Shown in pieces: positions 19,301-28,980 of a DNA stretch of 64,000 bases. The translations under genes and the position numbers were made by a program. The stretch's first letter is position 1. Each line of letters begins with the position of its first letter. The notes under the pieces are model-generated. The model did no database searches and was not told where the DNA came from. It was given only the letters and a program-made list of their open reading frames with translations. Origin of the DNA: Muribaculaceae bacterium. Lineage in GTDB: Bacteria > Bacillota > Clostridia > Lachnospirales > Lachnospiraceae. The DNA is taken from assembly GCA_023663465.1 (NCBI GenBank), contig JAMPHJ010000002.1:26039-90038 (forward strand), read 5' to 3'.

Positions 19301-19876
19301 CTATTCACACTGCGCGCTTACAGCCGCTTCCGTCGCCTTCATCGCATCAAGCGTCATCGACAGTAAGGTGTCAAGTTCCCAGCCTAACTGTTCTGCGCCT
19401 GTTCTGATGATATCGCGGGAGCAGCCCGCCGCAAATTTTTTATCTTTGAATTTCTTTTTCAGACTACTAAGCTCCATATCGGTGCAGCTTTTTGACGGCC
19501 GCATCAATGCGGCAGCGCCTACAAGACCTGTCAGTTCATCTGCTGCAAAAAGCACTTTTTCCATCTCATGTTCCGGCTTTACATCCGAGCAGATACCGTA
19601 TCCGTGGGCGCAGACTGCATGGACAAGCTCCGGCTCTGCGTCGATTTCCGCAAGCAGCTCCGGCGCTTTTTTACAATGCTGCTCTGGATATTTTTCAAAA
19701 TCCACGTCATGTAAAAGACCACAGATTCCCCAGAAATCTTCATTCCCATAGCCAAGTTTTTCCGCATACCACCGCATGACAGCTTCCACAGTATAGGCAT
19801 GCTGTAAATGAAACGGTTCCTGATTGTATTTTTTTAATAATTCCAGCGCTTTTTCGCGTGTGATTGTAGTGTTCAT
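19301..19876 (-). CDS. HD/HDIG-domain metal-dependent hydrolase
   Basis: HLQHAYTVE, GLLHDVDFE, HAVCAHG, LFAADELTG and KKKFKDKKFAAG motifs. Confidence 0.9.
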   Translation of the reverse strand: MNTTITREKALELLKKYNQEPFHLQHAYTVEAVMRWYAEKLGYGNEDFWGICGLLHDVDFEKYPEQHCKKAPELLAEIDAEPELVHAVCAHGYGICSDVKPEHEMEKVLFAADELTGLVGAAALMRPSKSCTDMELSSLKKKFKDKKFAAGCSRDIIRTGAEQLGWELDTLLSMTLDAMKATEAAVSAQCE

Positions 19877-20325
19877 GATCTTCCCTCTTTCTTTTTTAAT
19901 CTTTCTTTCAGATATTCATACCGTTGTCGTTTCTCTTCCTTCCCGAAATGCCCCGGCGATTCCCTCTCTTGTATGGCGTTATCCTGATAGCAAAGTTCTT
20001 TTGCCTTCCCGCCAAATTGCTCGCTGGTCAGGTCGAAGGTATAACCATCCGCCACATTATAGCAATGTACGCCGCCATTGTCCGTGGGCATTCCATACAC
20101 TTCTCCCCCGAAAATGTCCTGCGCCAGAAACGCCGTGATGGAACATTGCCCCAAGGTCTTATTTTCTGCATTCCAGTCGGCACGCATCCGCGGCGCGCAG
20201 GTTTCGGCGCACCAGATATGGGACAAGGCATCGTACAGGTCGATAGGCGTCTCGATACCTTGGTAGAGATGGTTTTTCGCTTTCACATTTCCGGCAGTCT
20301 GATGACCGTAAAAATAGTAGGACAT
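19873..20325 (-). CDS. YunG-like conserved protein (Cys/His putative catalytic residues)
   Basis: W..ETC, GQCSITAFLAQDIFGG, HCYN and DLTSEQF pattern; 4-nt overlap with the HD gene. Confidence 0.75.
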   Translation of the reverse strand: MSYYFYGHQTAGNVKAKNHLYQGIETPIDLYDALSHIWCAETCAPRMRADWNAENKTLGQCSITAFLAQDIFGGEVYGMPTDNGGVHCYNVADGYTFDLTSEQFGGKAKELCYQDNAIQERESPGHFGKEEKRQRYEYLKERLKKKEGRS

Positions 20326-20486
20326 GAGTGCATACCCCTTTCTTTTTCTTAATTATGAAAGAATTTTATTAAGTATAGCACAGTGTTGTGGCTGATGGCA
20401 AATTTTGGTCAAAGAAGAAGCTGTTATAGATTTTCTTTATTTATAAATTTATTATAGTGTATCTGCAAGAATTATCTAAGTTTCTA

Positions 20487-20515
20487 TTTACACCCTGATA
20501 AAAACACTATATAAT
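20487..20515 (+). promoter_or_regulatory. Sigma-70-type promoter for the R-M island
   Basis: TTTACA (20487-20492), 17-nt spacer, TATAAT (20510-20515). Confidence 0.65.
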
Positions 20516-20541
20516 ATGCTTATAAAATGGAGGGAATTGCA

Positions 20542-20739
20542 ATGATAGACAAGACGAAATCTAATTGTGGAAGACCTGCGGGTCGTAGAAAAACAGCAAA
20601 AATAGAAATATTAATTGAGCCGGTGGTGAAGGATGAATTTATGACATTACTGCATAATGAGGGAAAAACTGCTTCTGTAGAAATAGGTTTATGGATTCGG
20701 GAATACATTAGGAGTAGCAGGCTAAAGGAGGAAAGATAG
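20542..20739 (+). CDS. Small putative ribbon-helix-helix/controller-like regulator leading the R-M operon
   Basis: GRP motif, then a beta-strand-like KIEILIE and two helices. GGAGGG RBS; its stop abuts the next ATG. Confidence 0.6.
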   Translation: MIDKTKSNCGRPAGRRKTAKIEILIEPVVKDEFMTLLHNEGKTASVEIGLWIREYIRSSRLKEER

Positions 20740-21675
20740 ATGAAAGTTGTATCATTCTTTAGCGGACTAGGCGGGCTTGATAAAGGTTTTGTAGATACAG
20801 GTTATGATATAATATGGGCAAATGATTTTGATAAATTTGCGGTGCAGACATATAAGGCTAATTTTGGCGGGCATATTGTATTAGGTGACATTAAGGAAAT
20901 ACCATTAGATGAAATACCAGATTTCGATGTATTAATAGCTGGATTTCCATGTCAGCCATTTAGTATGATGGGGCGGAAGAAGGGATTTGAGGATGCCAGG
21001 GGTACATTATTCTTCAGAATAGCAGAAGTGGTCGCTGACAAGATAGAAAAAGAGAAAAGACCAAAAGCAATCATTCTGGAAAATGTGCGTTCCTTAAAGG
21101 TTCATAATAACGGAAAGACCTATGAGGAAATACATAGAATCCTGCAGGATGAACTTGGATATAAAGTTTTCTGTGATATATTAAATTCCGCGGATTATGG
21201 GGTTCCACAGACCAGAAATAGGACATATATTGTGTGCTTTGATAATCAGACGGTAGAATATCAATTTCCAGTTGGTCAAAAACTGGATAAAACCTTGCAG
21301 GATTTGCTGGAACAGGAGGTAGATAGAAAATATTTTCTGTCAGATAGGATATTGCCTACGATATTATCTGACGGAACAGGCGGATACAAGGCAAAATCAG
21401 AGATAGATTTAAAAGTTGCCAGACCATTATGTGCAACTATGGCAAAAATGCACCGGGCATGCCAGGATAACTATGTGACACAGGAAGGAAGGGTGAGAAG
21501 GCTTACCCCGAGGGAATGTGCAAGGCTGCAAGGTTTTGACGATTCTTTTGTAATACCGGTATCCGATTGCCAGGCATATAAGCAGTTTGGCAATGCAGTT
21601 ACAGTCAATGTGTCAAGGGCAGTAGCCCAATCCGTAAAAGATACATTGAAAATGCTTGGAGAGTGGGAAGATTAG
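20740..21675 (+). CDS. DNA (cytosine-5)-methyltransferase M1
   Basis: FSGLGG, GFPCQPFS, LENV, PQTRNR, LTPRECARLQGF and QFGNAV motifs. Confidence 0.96.
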   Translation: MKVVSFFSGLGGLDKGFVDTGYDIIWANDFDKFAVQTYKANFGGHIVLGDIKEIPLDEIPDFDVLIAGFPCQPFSMMGRKKGFEDARGTLFFRIAEVVADKIEKEKRPKAIILENVRSLKVHNNGKTYEEIHRILQDELGYKVFCDILNSADYGVPQTRNRTYIVCFDNQTVEYQFPVGQKLDKTLQDLLEQEVDRKYFLSDRILPTILSDGTGGYKAKSEIDLKVARPLCATMAKMHRACQDNYVTQEGRVRRLTPRECARLQGFDDSFVIPVSDCQAYKQFGNAVTVNVSRAVAQSVKDTLKMLGEWED

Positions 21676-23112
21676 ATGGAATACAAAAATGATAAAAACG
21701 AGTTTATTGCGTTTGCACAAGCCGGTCTGGATTCTATAAAAGGTAATGATGCCGGAGTGTGCATAAGCCGTGTCACGAGAGATGTAAATGAGTTATTTTT
21801 GAAAGATAGGGCAGCATTGTATCGCAGGGAAATAAAAACGGATGATGATTTGCAAGAAGCTTTCATGAAATTATCGGTTATTTGCAATAATGAAAGACAA
21901 AATTGCGTGGATTGTCCGGTCTGTAAATATTGTAATACTTATATTGAAAATGCCAGAAAAAATGTTGACGGCGGCTCTTTAAAGATGGTTGATTTATTTT
22001 GCGGGGCCGGTGGTTTATCTTTAGGTTTTTCTCAAGAAGGATTTATAACAAGTCTGGCAAATGATATACAGGAATGTTGTGTGGATACCTATGCGCATAA
22101 CCATCCGGAAACACCGAGGAATCATATCATTTTAGGTGATATTAAGGATGTAATAAGGGATTTGGATGAATTGTCTGCAGAACAAAAGGTAGACATTGTG
22201 ATTGGCGGTCCGCCTTGTCAGGGATTTAGTATGGCGAATCGACAAAGGCTGATAGATGATCCTAGAAATAATTTATATAAAAATTATGTGGAGGCTGTAG
22301 AAAAAATACATCCCGGTTTTTTTGTAATGGAAAACGTAAAAGGGATGCAGTCTGTGGCGGAACAGGTCAAAGAAGATTTTAAGAAGATTGGTTATTCGGT
22401 AGAATGTCATGTGTTGAATGCGAAGGATTTTGGGGTGCCCCAGAATAGGGAAAGGCTTATCTATATAGGAAATTGTGTGGGTGTTGATAATGCGCAGATT
22501 TTTAAAGATATTTTTGAACTGAGTAAAAAGATTCCAGAACATAATCTGGGAGAAGCATTATACGGACTTAGGGAACTAAGTGCATCGAGAACAAAAAATA
22601 CTACAGAAATTGATTCACAGGAAAGTGGATGCAAAATCGAAAAAAATATGCATACGGATACAAATGATTATATAACTTATATTAATCAGGGTAGAACCGT
22701 AAAAGTGGTTTCAAATCACAAAGCAAGATATAATAATGACAGGGATATTGAAATTTTTGGACGTATGGAACCGGGAGATCGCTCAGATGATCCGAAAATT
22801 GCGGATATTATGCCATATTCCAGAAGAAATGATATTTTTAAAGATAAGTATTTTAAGTTAGAAAATGATAAAGTATGTAAAACAATAACTGCACATATGA
22901 AGTTTGATTGTAATATGTATATTCACCCGACGCAGGCAAGAGGACTGACGCCTAGGGAAGCAGCAAGGGTACAGTCATATCCGGATGACTATTTTTTCCG
23001 GGGGGCGTATACAAAAACATATATGCAGATAGGAAATTCAGTGCCCCCATTATTGGGAAGGGCAATTGCGCAGGTAATAAAACGTTATATGAAGGGGAAA
23101 AGTGTTTTATGA
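21676..23112 (+). CDS. DNA (cytosine-5)-methyltransferase M2 with an N-terminal Cys-rich extension
   Basis: DLFCGAGG, GGPPCQGFS, MENV, PQNRER, LTPREAARVQSYPD and QIGNSVP motifs; N-terminal CNNERQNCVDCPVCKYC. Confidence 0.95.
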   Translation: MEYKNDKNEFIAFAQAGLDSIKGNDAGVCISRVTRDVNELFLKDRAALYRREIKTDDDLQEAFMKLSVICNNERQNCVDCPVCKYCNTYIENARKNVDGGSLKMVDLFCGAGGLSLGFSQEGFITSLANDIQECCVDTYAHNHPETPRNHIILGDIKDVIRDLDELSAEQKVDIVIGGPPCQGFSMANRQRLIDDPRNNLYKNYVEAVEKIHPGFFVMENVKGMQSVAEQVKEDFKKIGYSVECHVLNAKDFGVPQNRERLIYIGNCVGVDNAQIFKDIFELSKKIPEHNLGEALYGLRELSASRTKNTTEIDSQESGCKIEKNMHTDTNDYITYINQGRTVKVVSNHKARYNNDRDIEIFGRMEPGDRSDDPKIADIMPYSRRNDIFKDKYFKLENDKVCKTITAHMKFDCNMYIHPTQARGLTPREAARVQSYPDDYFFRGAYTKTYMQIGNSVPPLLGRAIAQVIKRYMKGKSVL

Positions 23113-24755
23113 ATTTTACAGAAGCAATGGAAGTTATTAAAAATGTAATTCCAGAGTATACACAGAAATGGTATGATGGAATCGTCGTTAAAAGACTGGA
23201 AGCGTCCAATACCCTGGATGAGGGCAGATCAACAAACCAGACTCATATTGCGATATCTGGTGAACAGATGGACATGTTTCCGTATCTGATGGCGGATGGA
23301 TATTTTAAATGTAATTATGAAGATAGGGATGAACAATTGAAAAAATACTTTATCACACAGATTCCGCTTTATATTTATAAAAATAATATCATGTATCTGT
23401 CAGGCAATAGGGAAAGTAGAATCAGTTTTGATGAAGAGGAAAGCAAATGCGTCCGTGCCAGTATTGTAAGAAGCCGGAGAAAAGAACAGGCGGATCAAGT
23501 CCAGCTATCACTTACATCAATAGACGATCAGGATTTTGTTGCATTTAGAAGGTTATTGCATGTAGGAGACTATCTGGTCTTGTTAAAGCATAAAGAAAAA
23601 CTTTCTTATGACTGCATCGGGGTTAAGGCAAAGGATGAGACTAGAGGCGGATACCATCTTTTGACACTTAATAATAGGTTTTATAAGCTGTCTACCAATA
23701 CAAAAGTGGATATCCAGAAACTTATTGAAATCAAGGATGTGGAAGAGGTTCCTAATCATGATAAAACATTAGGAGCAGGGCAGGGCAGTGGCGTGCGTAA
23801 AACAGGGGCGGAAAACATTTTGTTTTATGGCGTTCCGGGAGCAGGTAAGAGTCATGAAATTAAGACGAAATATTGTACAGATGAACAGCGGATGGAACGG
23901 GTAGTTTTTCATCCGGATTATATGTATACAGATTTTGTTGGACAGATTTTGCCAAGAGTGGAAAGAGATGGAGAAGGTAATGACAAATTAAAATATGTCT
24001 TTAGTCCTGGACCTTTTACAAAAATGCTGAAGAAAGCAGAAAACGATCCAGACAATTACTATTATCTTGTTATTGAAGAATTAAACCGTGGTAATGCGCC
24101 CGCAATTTTTGGTGAGACATTTCAACTGCTTGATCGGAAGGATGAGGATGAATTTCCAAAGGAAGAAATTGGTGAAAGTGAATATAGTATTTCAAATTAT
24201 GAGGTTGCAAAAGAAGTATATGGGAAGGAGGATCATTCAGTAAGGATACCTTCTAATATGTATATATTAGCAACCATGAATACGGCGGATCAGAATGTAT
24301 TTGCTATGGACACTGCATTCCAGAGAAGATGGAATATGAAACGGATAGAAAATAAATTTGACGAGTCGGAGCATTCAAAGGATATTATTGCAGGAACAAA
24401 AGTAAATTGGGGGGCATTTGCAACTGTTATTAATGATATGATAATTGAAATCAATATTGATATGATAAATACTGAAGATAAGCGTCTTGGAATTTATTTT
24501 GCCAAGAAAAAAGAATTAGAAGTAAATATATTTCCAGAAAAGGTGCTTAAATACTTATGGGATGATGCATTTAAAATGGATAGAACTGCCATATTTAATG
24601 AGAACTGCAAATCATTGGACGACGTGATCGCCGCTTATAAAGATTCCCAAAGCGATAAACTGGAAGCAGTATTAAAAGCAGGCGTATATGAAAAAATGCT
24701 TTCTAAAATGCAGCAAAATAAGGAAAGTCAGGTGGTAGCTTTTGAGGGAAATTGA
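23109..24755 (+). CDS. McrB-like AAA+ NTPase restriction subunit (R1.LlaJI-like)
   Basis: GVPGAGKS, FHPDYMYTDFVG, IEELNRGN and ATMNTADQN...DTAFQRRW, after an approximately 210-aa N-terminal putative DNA-binding domain. Confidence 0.9.
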   Translation: MNFTEAMEVIKNVIPEYTQKWYDGIVVKRLEASNTLDEGRSTNQTHIAISGEQMDMFPYLMADGYFKCNYEDRDEQLKKYFITQIPLYIYKNNIMYLSGNRESRISFDEEESKCVRASIVRSRRKEQADQVQLSLTSIDDQDFVAFRRLLHVGDYLVLLKHKEKLSYDCIGVKAKDETRGGYHLLTLNNRFYKLSTNTKVDIQKLIEIKDVEEVPNHDKTLGAGQGSGVRKTGAENILFYGVPGAGKSHEIKTKYCTDEQRMERVVFHPDYMYTDFVGQILPRVERDGEGNDKLKYVFSPGPFTKMLKKAENDPDNYYYLVIEELNRGNAPAIFGETFQLLDRKDEDEFPKEEIGESEYSISNYEVAKEVYGKEDHSVRIPSNMYILATMNTADQNVFAMDTAFQRRWNMKRIENKFDESEHSKDIIAGTKVNWGAFATVINDMIIEINIDMINTEDKRLGIYFAKKKELEVNIFPEKVLKYLWDDAFKMDRTAIFNENCKSLDDVIAAYKDSQSDKLEAVLKAGVYEKMLSKMQQNKESQVVAFEGN

Positions 24756-25962
24756 TATAAGAAGTAAATGCAAAATCAATTCTAATCAAGAAAGGGATAC
24801 ATTTGTCGGTATAAGATGGAGTGACGGCGATATCAGCATTCATTTTCCGATAGGTTATCATATTTCGGAGGATAACAAAGGGCTGCGGAAGGATATTATG
24901 CTGTTGTTTGCTACGCTTGCAGAGCATACAAAGAAAAAGGAATCAGAAATTCCAGGTTATGGAAATAGTTTTGATGAGGTGGAATTTCCAATGCAGTCAT
25001 ATCTTTATATAATAAAAGATTTTTTGGCGAGGGGTTATTATAGAGAAAGGAAAATGTATCATAAGACCGCCAAATCGGGTAAGATAAACTGGAACAAAAC
25101 AATAAAAATGCAAAAACCATATGTACAGGATAAAGAAGTGTTTTATCTGGATTTTGTTATAAAGAAGAATTGTATTAAGGAAAATGAACTGATTACCTTG
25201 ATACATGAATATTGTGTATATGAAAGTTTCGGATGGATTGGCTGGCTTTTTACAAAAGAAATGCCTAAGAAGCCACAAATTGCCAAAAAGGAAAAGATAT
25301 TTAAAGTAGTTCTGAATAAAATGATTTCACAAACTTTTCAAGATAAAGATAGAATGCTTTTCCGGCATATGCTGGCAATCCTGGATTATGAAGGAAATAA
25401 AAATTCAGATAGGAACTATCGGTATGGAACATACCGTTTTGAATATGTCTGGGAAAAAATGATTGATAAAGTGTTTGGCATTGAAAATAAGGCTGATTAT
25501 TTTCCAAAAACAAGCTGGTATTTGAACGGTAATGAATATCATAATGCTTCACTGGAACCTGATACAGTTATGCTATATGGGAATAATGTGTATATTCTGG
25601 ATGCAAAGTATTATAAGTATGGCGTGACCGGCAGTGCGAGGGATTTGCCGGAGTCTTCCTCGATTAATAAACAGATTACTTATGGAGAATATGTGACTGG
25701 CGAACGGGAGTTTAAGAAGAAACATGGGAATGATATGAAGGTATTTAATGCATTTCTTATGCCATTTGATTCTTTGAAAAGTCAATATCCGGGGCATCCA
25801 GGAATGTTAAAAGTGGGCGAGGCAGTTAGTAACTGGAAAGATAATTCTGAAGAGTATCAGAGGATTCAGGGCATTCTGATAGATGTCAGGACTTTGATGA
25901 ATATCAATGTACGTCAGGAAATAAAGGAAATCGAGGAACTGGCAGAGCTGATAAAAAATTGA
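24742..25962 (+). CDS. LlaJI-family/McrC-like PD-(D/E)xK restriction endonuclease
   Basis: FEYVWEKMID, LEPDTVM, ILDAKYY and INKQITYGEY; overlaps the McrB-like gene. Confidence 0.88.
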   Translation: MREIDIRSKCKINSNQERDTFVGIRWSDGDISIHFPIGYHISEDNKGLRKDIMLLFATLAEHTKKKESEIPGYGNSFDEVEFPMQSYLYIIKDFLARGYYRERKMYHKTAKSGKINWNKTIKMQKPYVQDKEVFYLDFVIKKNCIKENELITLIHEYCVYESFGWIGWLFTKEMPKKPQIAKKEKIFKVVLNKMISQTFQDKDRMLFRHMLAILDYEGNKNSDRNYRYGTYRFEYVWEKMIDKVFGIENKADYFPKTSWYLNGNEYHNASLEPDTVMLYGNNVYILDAKYYKYGVTGSARDLPESSSINKQITYGEYVTGEREFKKKHGNDMKVFNAFLMPFDSLKSQYPGHPGMLKVGEAVSNWKDNSEEYQRIQGILIDVRTLMNINVRQEIKEIEELAELIKN

Positions 25963-25977
25963 TTGTTAGGTGATTTT

Positions 25978-26421
25978 GTGGCAGATGTTTTGACAAAAGA
26001 ACAACGACATAAAAATATGAAAAATATCCATGGAAAGGACACAAAGATAGAAATAATATTGAGAAAAGCTTTGTGGCATAAAGGGTATCGTTATCGCAAA
26101 AATTATAAAAAACTTCCAGGCAGCCCGGACATCGTATTGACAAAATACAAAATAGCGATTTTCTGCGATGGGGAATTTTTTCACGGAAAAGATTGGGAAG
26201 TATTGAAACCAAGACTGGAAAAGGGCAGCAACAGTGAATTTTGGATTAGTAAAATATCCCGCAACAAGGCGCGGGATGATGAAATAAACAAGAAATTACT
26301 GTTTGAGGGCTGGACCGTGATACGTTTCTGGGGCGATGATATAAAGAAATGTCCGGACGAGTGTGTGAAGGTTGTGGAAGAGACAATTTTTGATATGATG
26401 ATGTATGGGAATGGAGAGTAG
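25978..26421 (+). CDS. vsr: Very-short-patch repair endonuclease
   Basis: ADVLTKEQRHKNMKNI, DTKIEIILRKALW, LPGSPDI, FCDGEFFHG and GWTVIRFW; adjacent to C5 MTases. Confidence 0.93.
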   Translation: MADVLTKEQRHKNMKNIHGKDTKIEIILRKALWHKGYRYRKNYKKLPGSPDIVLTKYKIAIFCDGEFFHGKDWEVLKPRLEKGSNSEFWISKISRNKARDDEINKKLLFEGWTVIRFWGDDIKKCPDECVKVVEETIFDMMMYGNGE

Positions 26422-26458
26422 ACAGAACGCTTTTCGTTCCTTTTTGCTACGAAACTCT

Positions 26459-28270
26459 TTACGTTCTGCCTTTCACCCCAAATGCAATCACACCCCCCGC
26501 CAATAAAACGATTACCGAAATGACAATAGACAAAACGCTGCCATCCGGGGTCTGTCCCAGATTCTTATCGTCTTGTGCCAGATTGTGCTGCATACGATTG
26601 CCGCGAAATCCTTCCTGCTGCATAGCCGGCATAGCGTCCTCATTGTCTGTACGGTTCATTTCGTCTTGCGGCGGAGTCGGTGGCATGTCTTCACTATCTG
26701 TACTGTTCATTTCATCCTGTGGCATAGCTGGCGGCGCGTCTTCACCTTCTGTGTTTTCGCTGTCTGCAGTGTCGGGCATTTCCTGGAGGCGCATGACACC
26801 CGTGTCATTTTTTCGATTCCCCTCAAAATCACCTGTCCGGGGTGTGCGATTTCCTTCAAAGCCATTCATCCCCTGCGTATGATTTTCTTTAGGTCCGTTT
26901 CCCCAAGACATACGATTTCTGCCAAAGCCGCCGGAGTTCGATGAATTGTCGATAGTCACTTCTTCTTCCGTTTCGCCAATGATAATGGTGCAGGTATCTC
27001 CTACCTTCATTTCCGGTGTGCTGACAAGGACGGAGGAAAAGCTATAAGGAACCGATTGGGATAACAATTCGTTTCCGTCAGCATCTTTCAAGGTGACAGT
27101 GGTGTCAGAAGACGCCGATGTAGTGTACATCAGAAATCCTTGTGTGGAAGTGGAATCAAAGCCTTCCGCCATACCGCTGCTTCCGCAGGCAAGGACAGTT
27201 CCGCCGCTGATACTGCATACGCCGCCGTTTTCGGTCCCAGAATCAATCGCATTGCTGACGCCGTCGTTTGGTACGCTGATGAAAAGATTTCCGCCACTGA
27301 TGGTAATATCTCTATTGGAGTCCAGACCATCGGCATCCCTGCCATTAGCATTTAGGATGGTGATATCGCCGCCCGTAATGCGGATGATGGCAGTTTCGCC
27401 GCTGCCATTGGCATTAATGCCATCGTCTGTAGAGTTTATGGCAATTGTTCCCCCCGCAATGGTGATATCAATAGCTTCTATTCCCTCATAACAGGAAAGA
27501 ATATTGATATTCCCCGATTCAATATAGAAATAAGCCGTTTCATCGTCATTCGATGCAGTGATGCCGTCGTCCCCTGCTGTAATGCTGATGTCGGCATCCC
27601 GGATGCAGATACTGTCGTTGGCATGAAAACCATCCTGTACGGCGTCAACGCTTATACAGCCGCCGGTAATCGCCAGGTCATCGTTACATACGACGCCATG
27701 CTGATATTCGGCAGTTACATGAAGCGTTCCGCGCCCGTTTATCGTCAAATCGTCCTTGGAATAAATGGTTCCGTCCACGCCTGCCGAAACCGCATCGGTA
27801 TTATAGTTAGAACCGGAAGAGAGCGTATTTTCCGTACCCTCTGCCAGAGTCAGGAATACTTTATCCGCCTGTTCAATGCGGATGGCGGCGTCATCGTCGC
27901 AGTGGATGGATACATCATCCAGCAGAATCCAGATTTTGTCGGTCTTGTTTGCATCGATGATAATGTTTCCGTCTGAAAGCGAGCCGGAAAGAACATAGGC
28001 GCCCGCATAGACGATATAGATGTCTCCGTTAGAAGCATAAGCGCCGTTTCCATTTATGACACATCTGTCATCAGAGAGGGTGATTTTGGTCGCATCAGAT
28101 GTATCCCAATCTGCATTTAAATCATTTCCTGTAAAATAATTGCTGTCATTATCCCCGCTTGCGGCTACGGCAACGGTAAAATTTTTCCCGCTTATCAGCG
28201 CCAACGTCAGAAGCAGGGTAATGATTGTAACAAAGATACAAATTTTATCGATATGTTTATGTGTTGACAT
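26459..28270 (-). CDS. Cthe_2159/DUF4353-type beta-helix (carbohydrate-binding) surface protein with C-terminal TM anchor
   Basis: Repeating DG/EG-I-x-A...I-x-I-x-GG beta-helix units, N-terminal signal/anchor, low-complexity G/P/D linker, C-terminal hydrophobic helix. Confidence 0.85.
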   Translation of the reverse strand: MSTHKHIDKICIFVTIITLLLTLALISGKNFTVAVAASGDNDSNYFTGNDLNADWDTSDATKITLSDDRCVINGNGAYASNGDIYIVYAGAYVLSGSLSDGNIIIDANKTDKIWILLDDVSIHCDDDAAIRIEQADKVFLTLAEGTENTLSSGSNYNTDAVSAGVDGTIYSKDDLTINGRGTLHVTAEYQHGVVCNDDLAITGGCISVDAVQDGFHANDSICIRDADISITAGDDGITASNDDETAYFYIESGNINILSCYEGIEAIDITIAGGTIAINSTDDGINANGSGETAIIRITGGDITILNANGRDADGLDSNRDITISGGNLFISVPNDGVSNAIDSGTENGGVCSISGGTVLACGSSGMAEGFDSTSTQGFLMYTTSASSDTTVTLKDADGNELLSQSVPYSFSSVLVSTPEMKVGDTCTIIIGETEEEVTIDNSSNSGGFGRNRMSWGNGPKENHTQGMNGFEGNRTPRTGDFEGNRKNDTGVMRLQEMPDTADSENTEGEDAPPAMPQDEMNSTDSEDMPPTPPQDEMNRTDNEDAMPAMQQEGFRGNRMQHNLAQDDKNLGQTPDGSVLSIVISVIVLLAGGVIAFGVKGRT

Positions 28271-28280
28271 AAGCGGCTCC

Positions 28281-28952
28281 TTACCCCATATAGTCCCCGT
28301 GATAGCTTACCAGGACAGCGCTGTTTACGCCGTCCATTTCGGAGAGGACATTGATGAAATCGGTGTTATCGTCTTTTAACCGGATTTCCATGTTTAATTC
28401 GATACAATCTTTTTGTGCGGTCTTACTTTTCACGCTGCAGCGCTGCGCCATTTTTTCAAGATATTCTTTCGCCGCCGTCTCGCTTTCGTGGCTGCTGCAT
28501 TGCAGGACAACGATATAGGGATTACGATGGGATTCCTTGTTTACAAATACGAGGAGAATCAGTCCGATGATAACGCTTCCGATAACAGCGAGTGGAATCA
28601 TACCTGCCGCAAGGACGATACCCGCCGCAATCGCCCAGAACAGGAAAGCGATGTCTAGAGGTTCTTTGATGGCGGTCCTAAAGCGGACAATAGACAATGC
28701 GCCGACCATACCAAGGGAAAGTACGACATTGGAGGTAACGGCGAGGATGACAATTGTAGTAATCATCGTAAGGGCAATCAGCGTCACACCGAAGGAAGAA
28801 GAATACATCACGCCGGTGTAAGTCTTTTTATAAACGAGGAAAATAAAGACGCCGAGCCCGAAAGCCAGGAGGAGCGCAAGCGCCATATCAAGGATACTGA
28901 CGCTGGTTACGTTTTCGAGGAAACTGGATTTGAAAATGTCGTTAAAAGTCAT
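28281..28952 (-). CDS. DUF4956-family membrane protein
   Basis: SNVVLSLGMVGALSIVRFRTAIKEPLDIAFLFW motif; start at MTFNDIF after AAAGGA. Confidence 0.9.
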   Translation of the reverse strand: MTFNDIFKSSFLENVTSVSILDMALALLLAFGLGVFIFLVYKKTYTGVMYSSSFGVTLIALTMITTIVILAVTSNVVLSLGMVGALSIVRFRTAIKEPLDIAFLFWAIAAGIVLAAGMIPLAVIGSVIIGLILLVFVNKESHRNPYIVVLQCSSHESETAAKEYLEKMAQRCSVKSKTAQKDCIELNMEIRLKDDNTDFINVLSEMDGVNSAVLVSYHGDYMG

Positions 28953-28980
28953 GGTTTTAATTCCTTTCTGAATGCGTATT

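Noticed and set aside
20330-26460. Prophage, ICE or IS boundaries around the R-M island
   Set aside because: No integrase, transposase, tRNA target or convincing att direct repeats were seen by eye.
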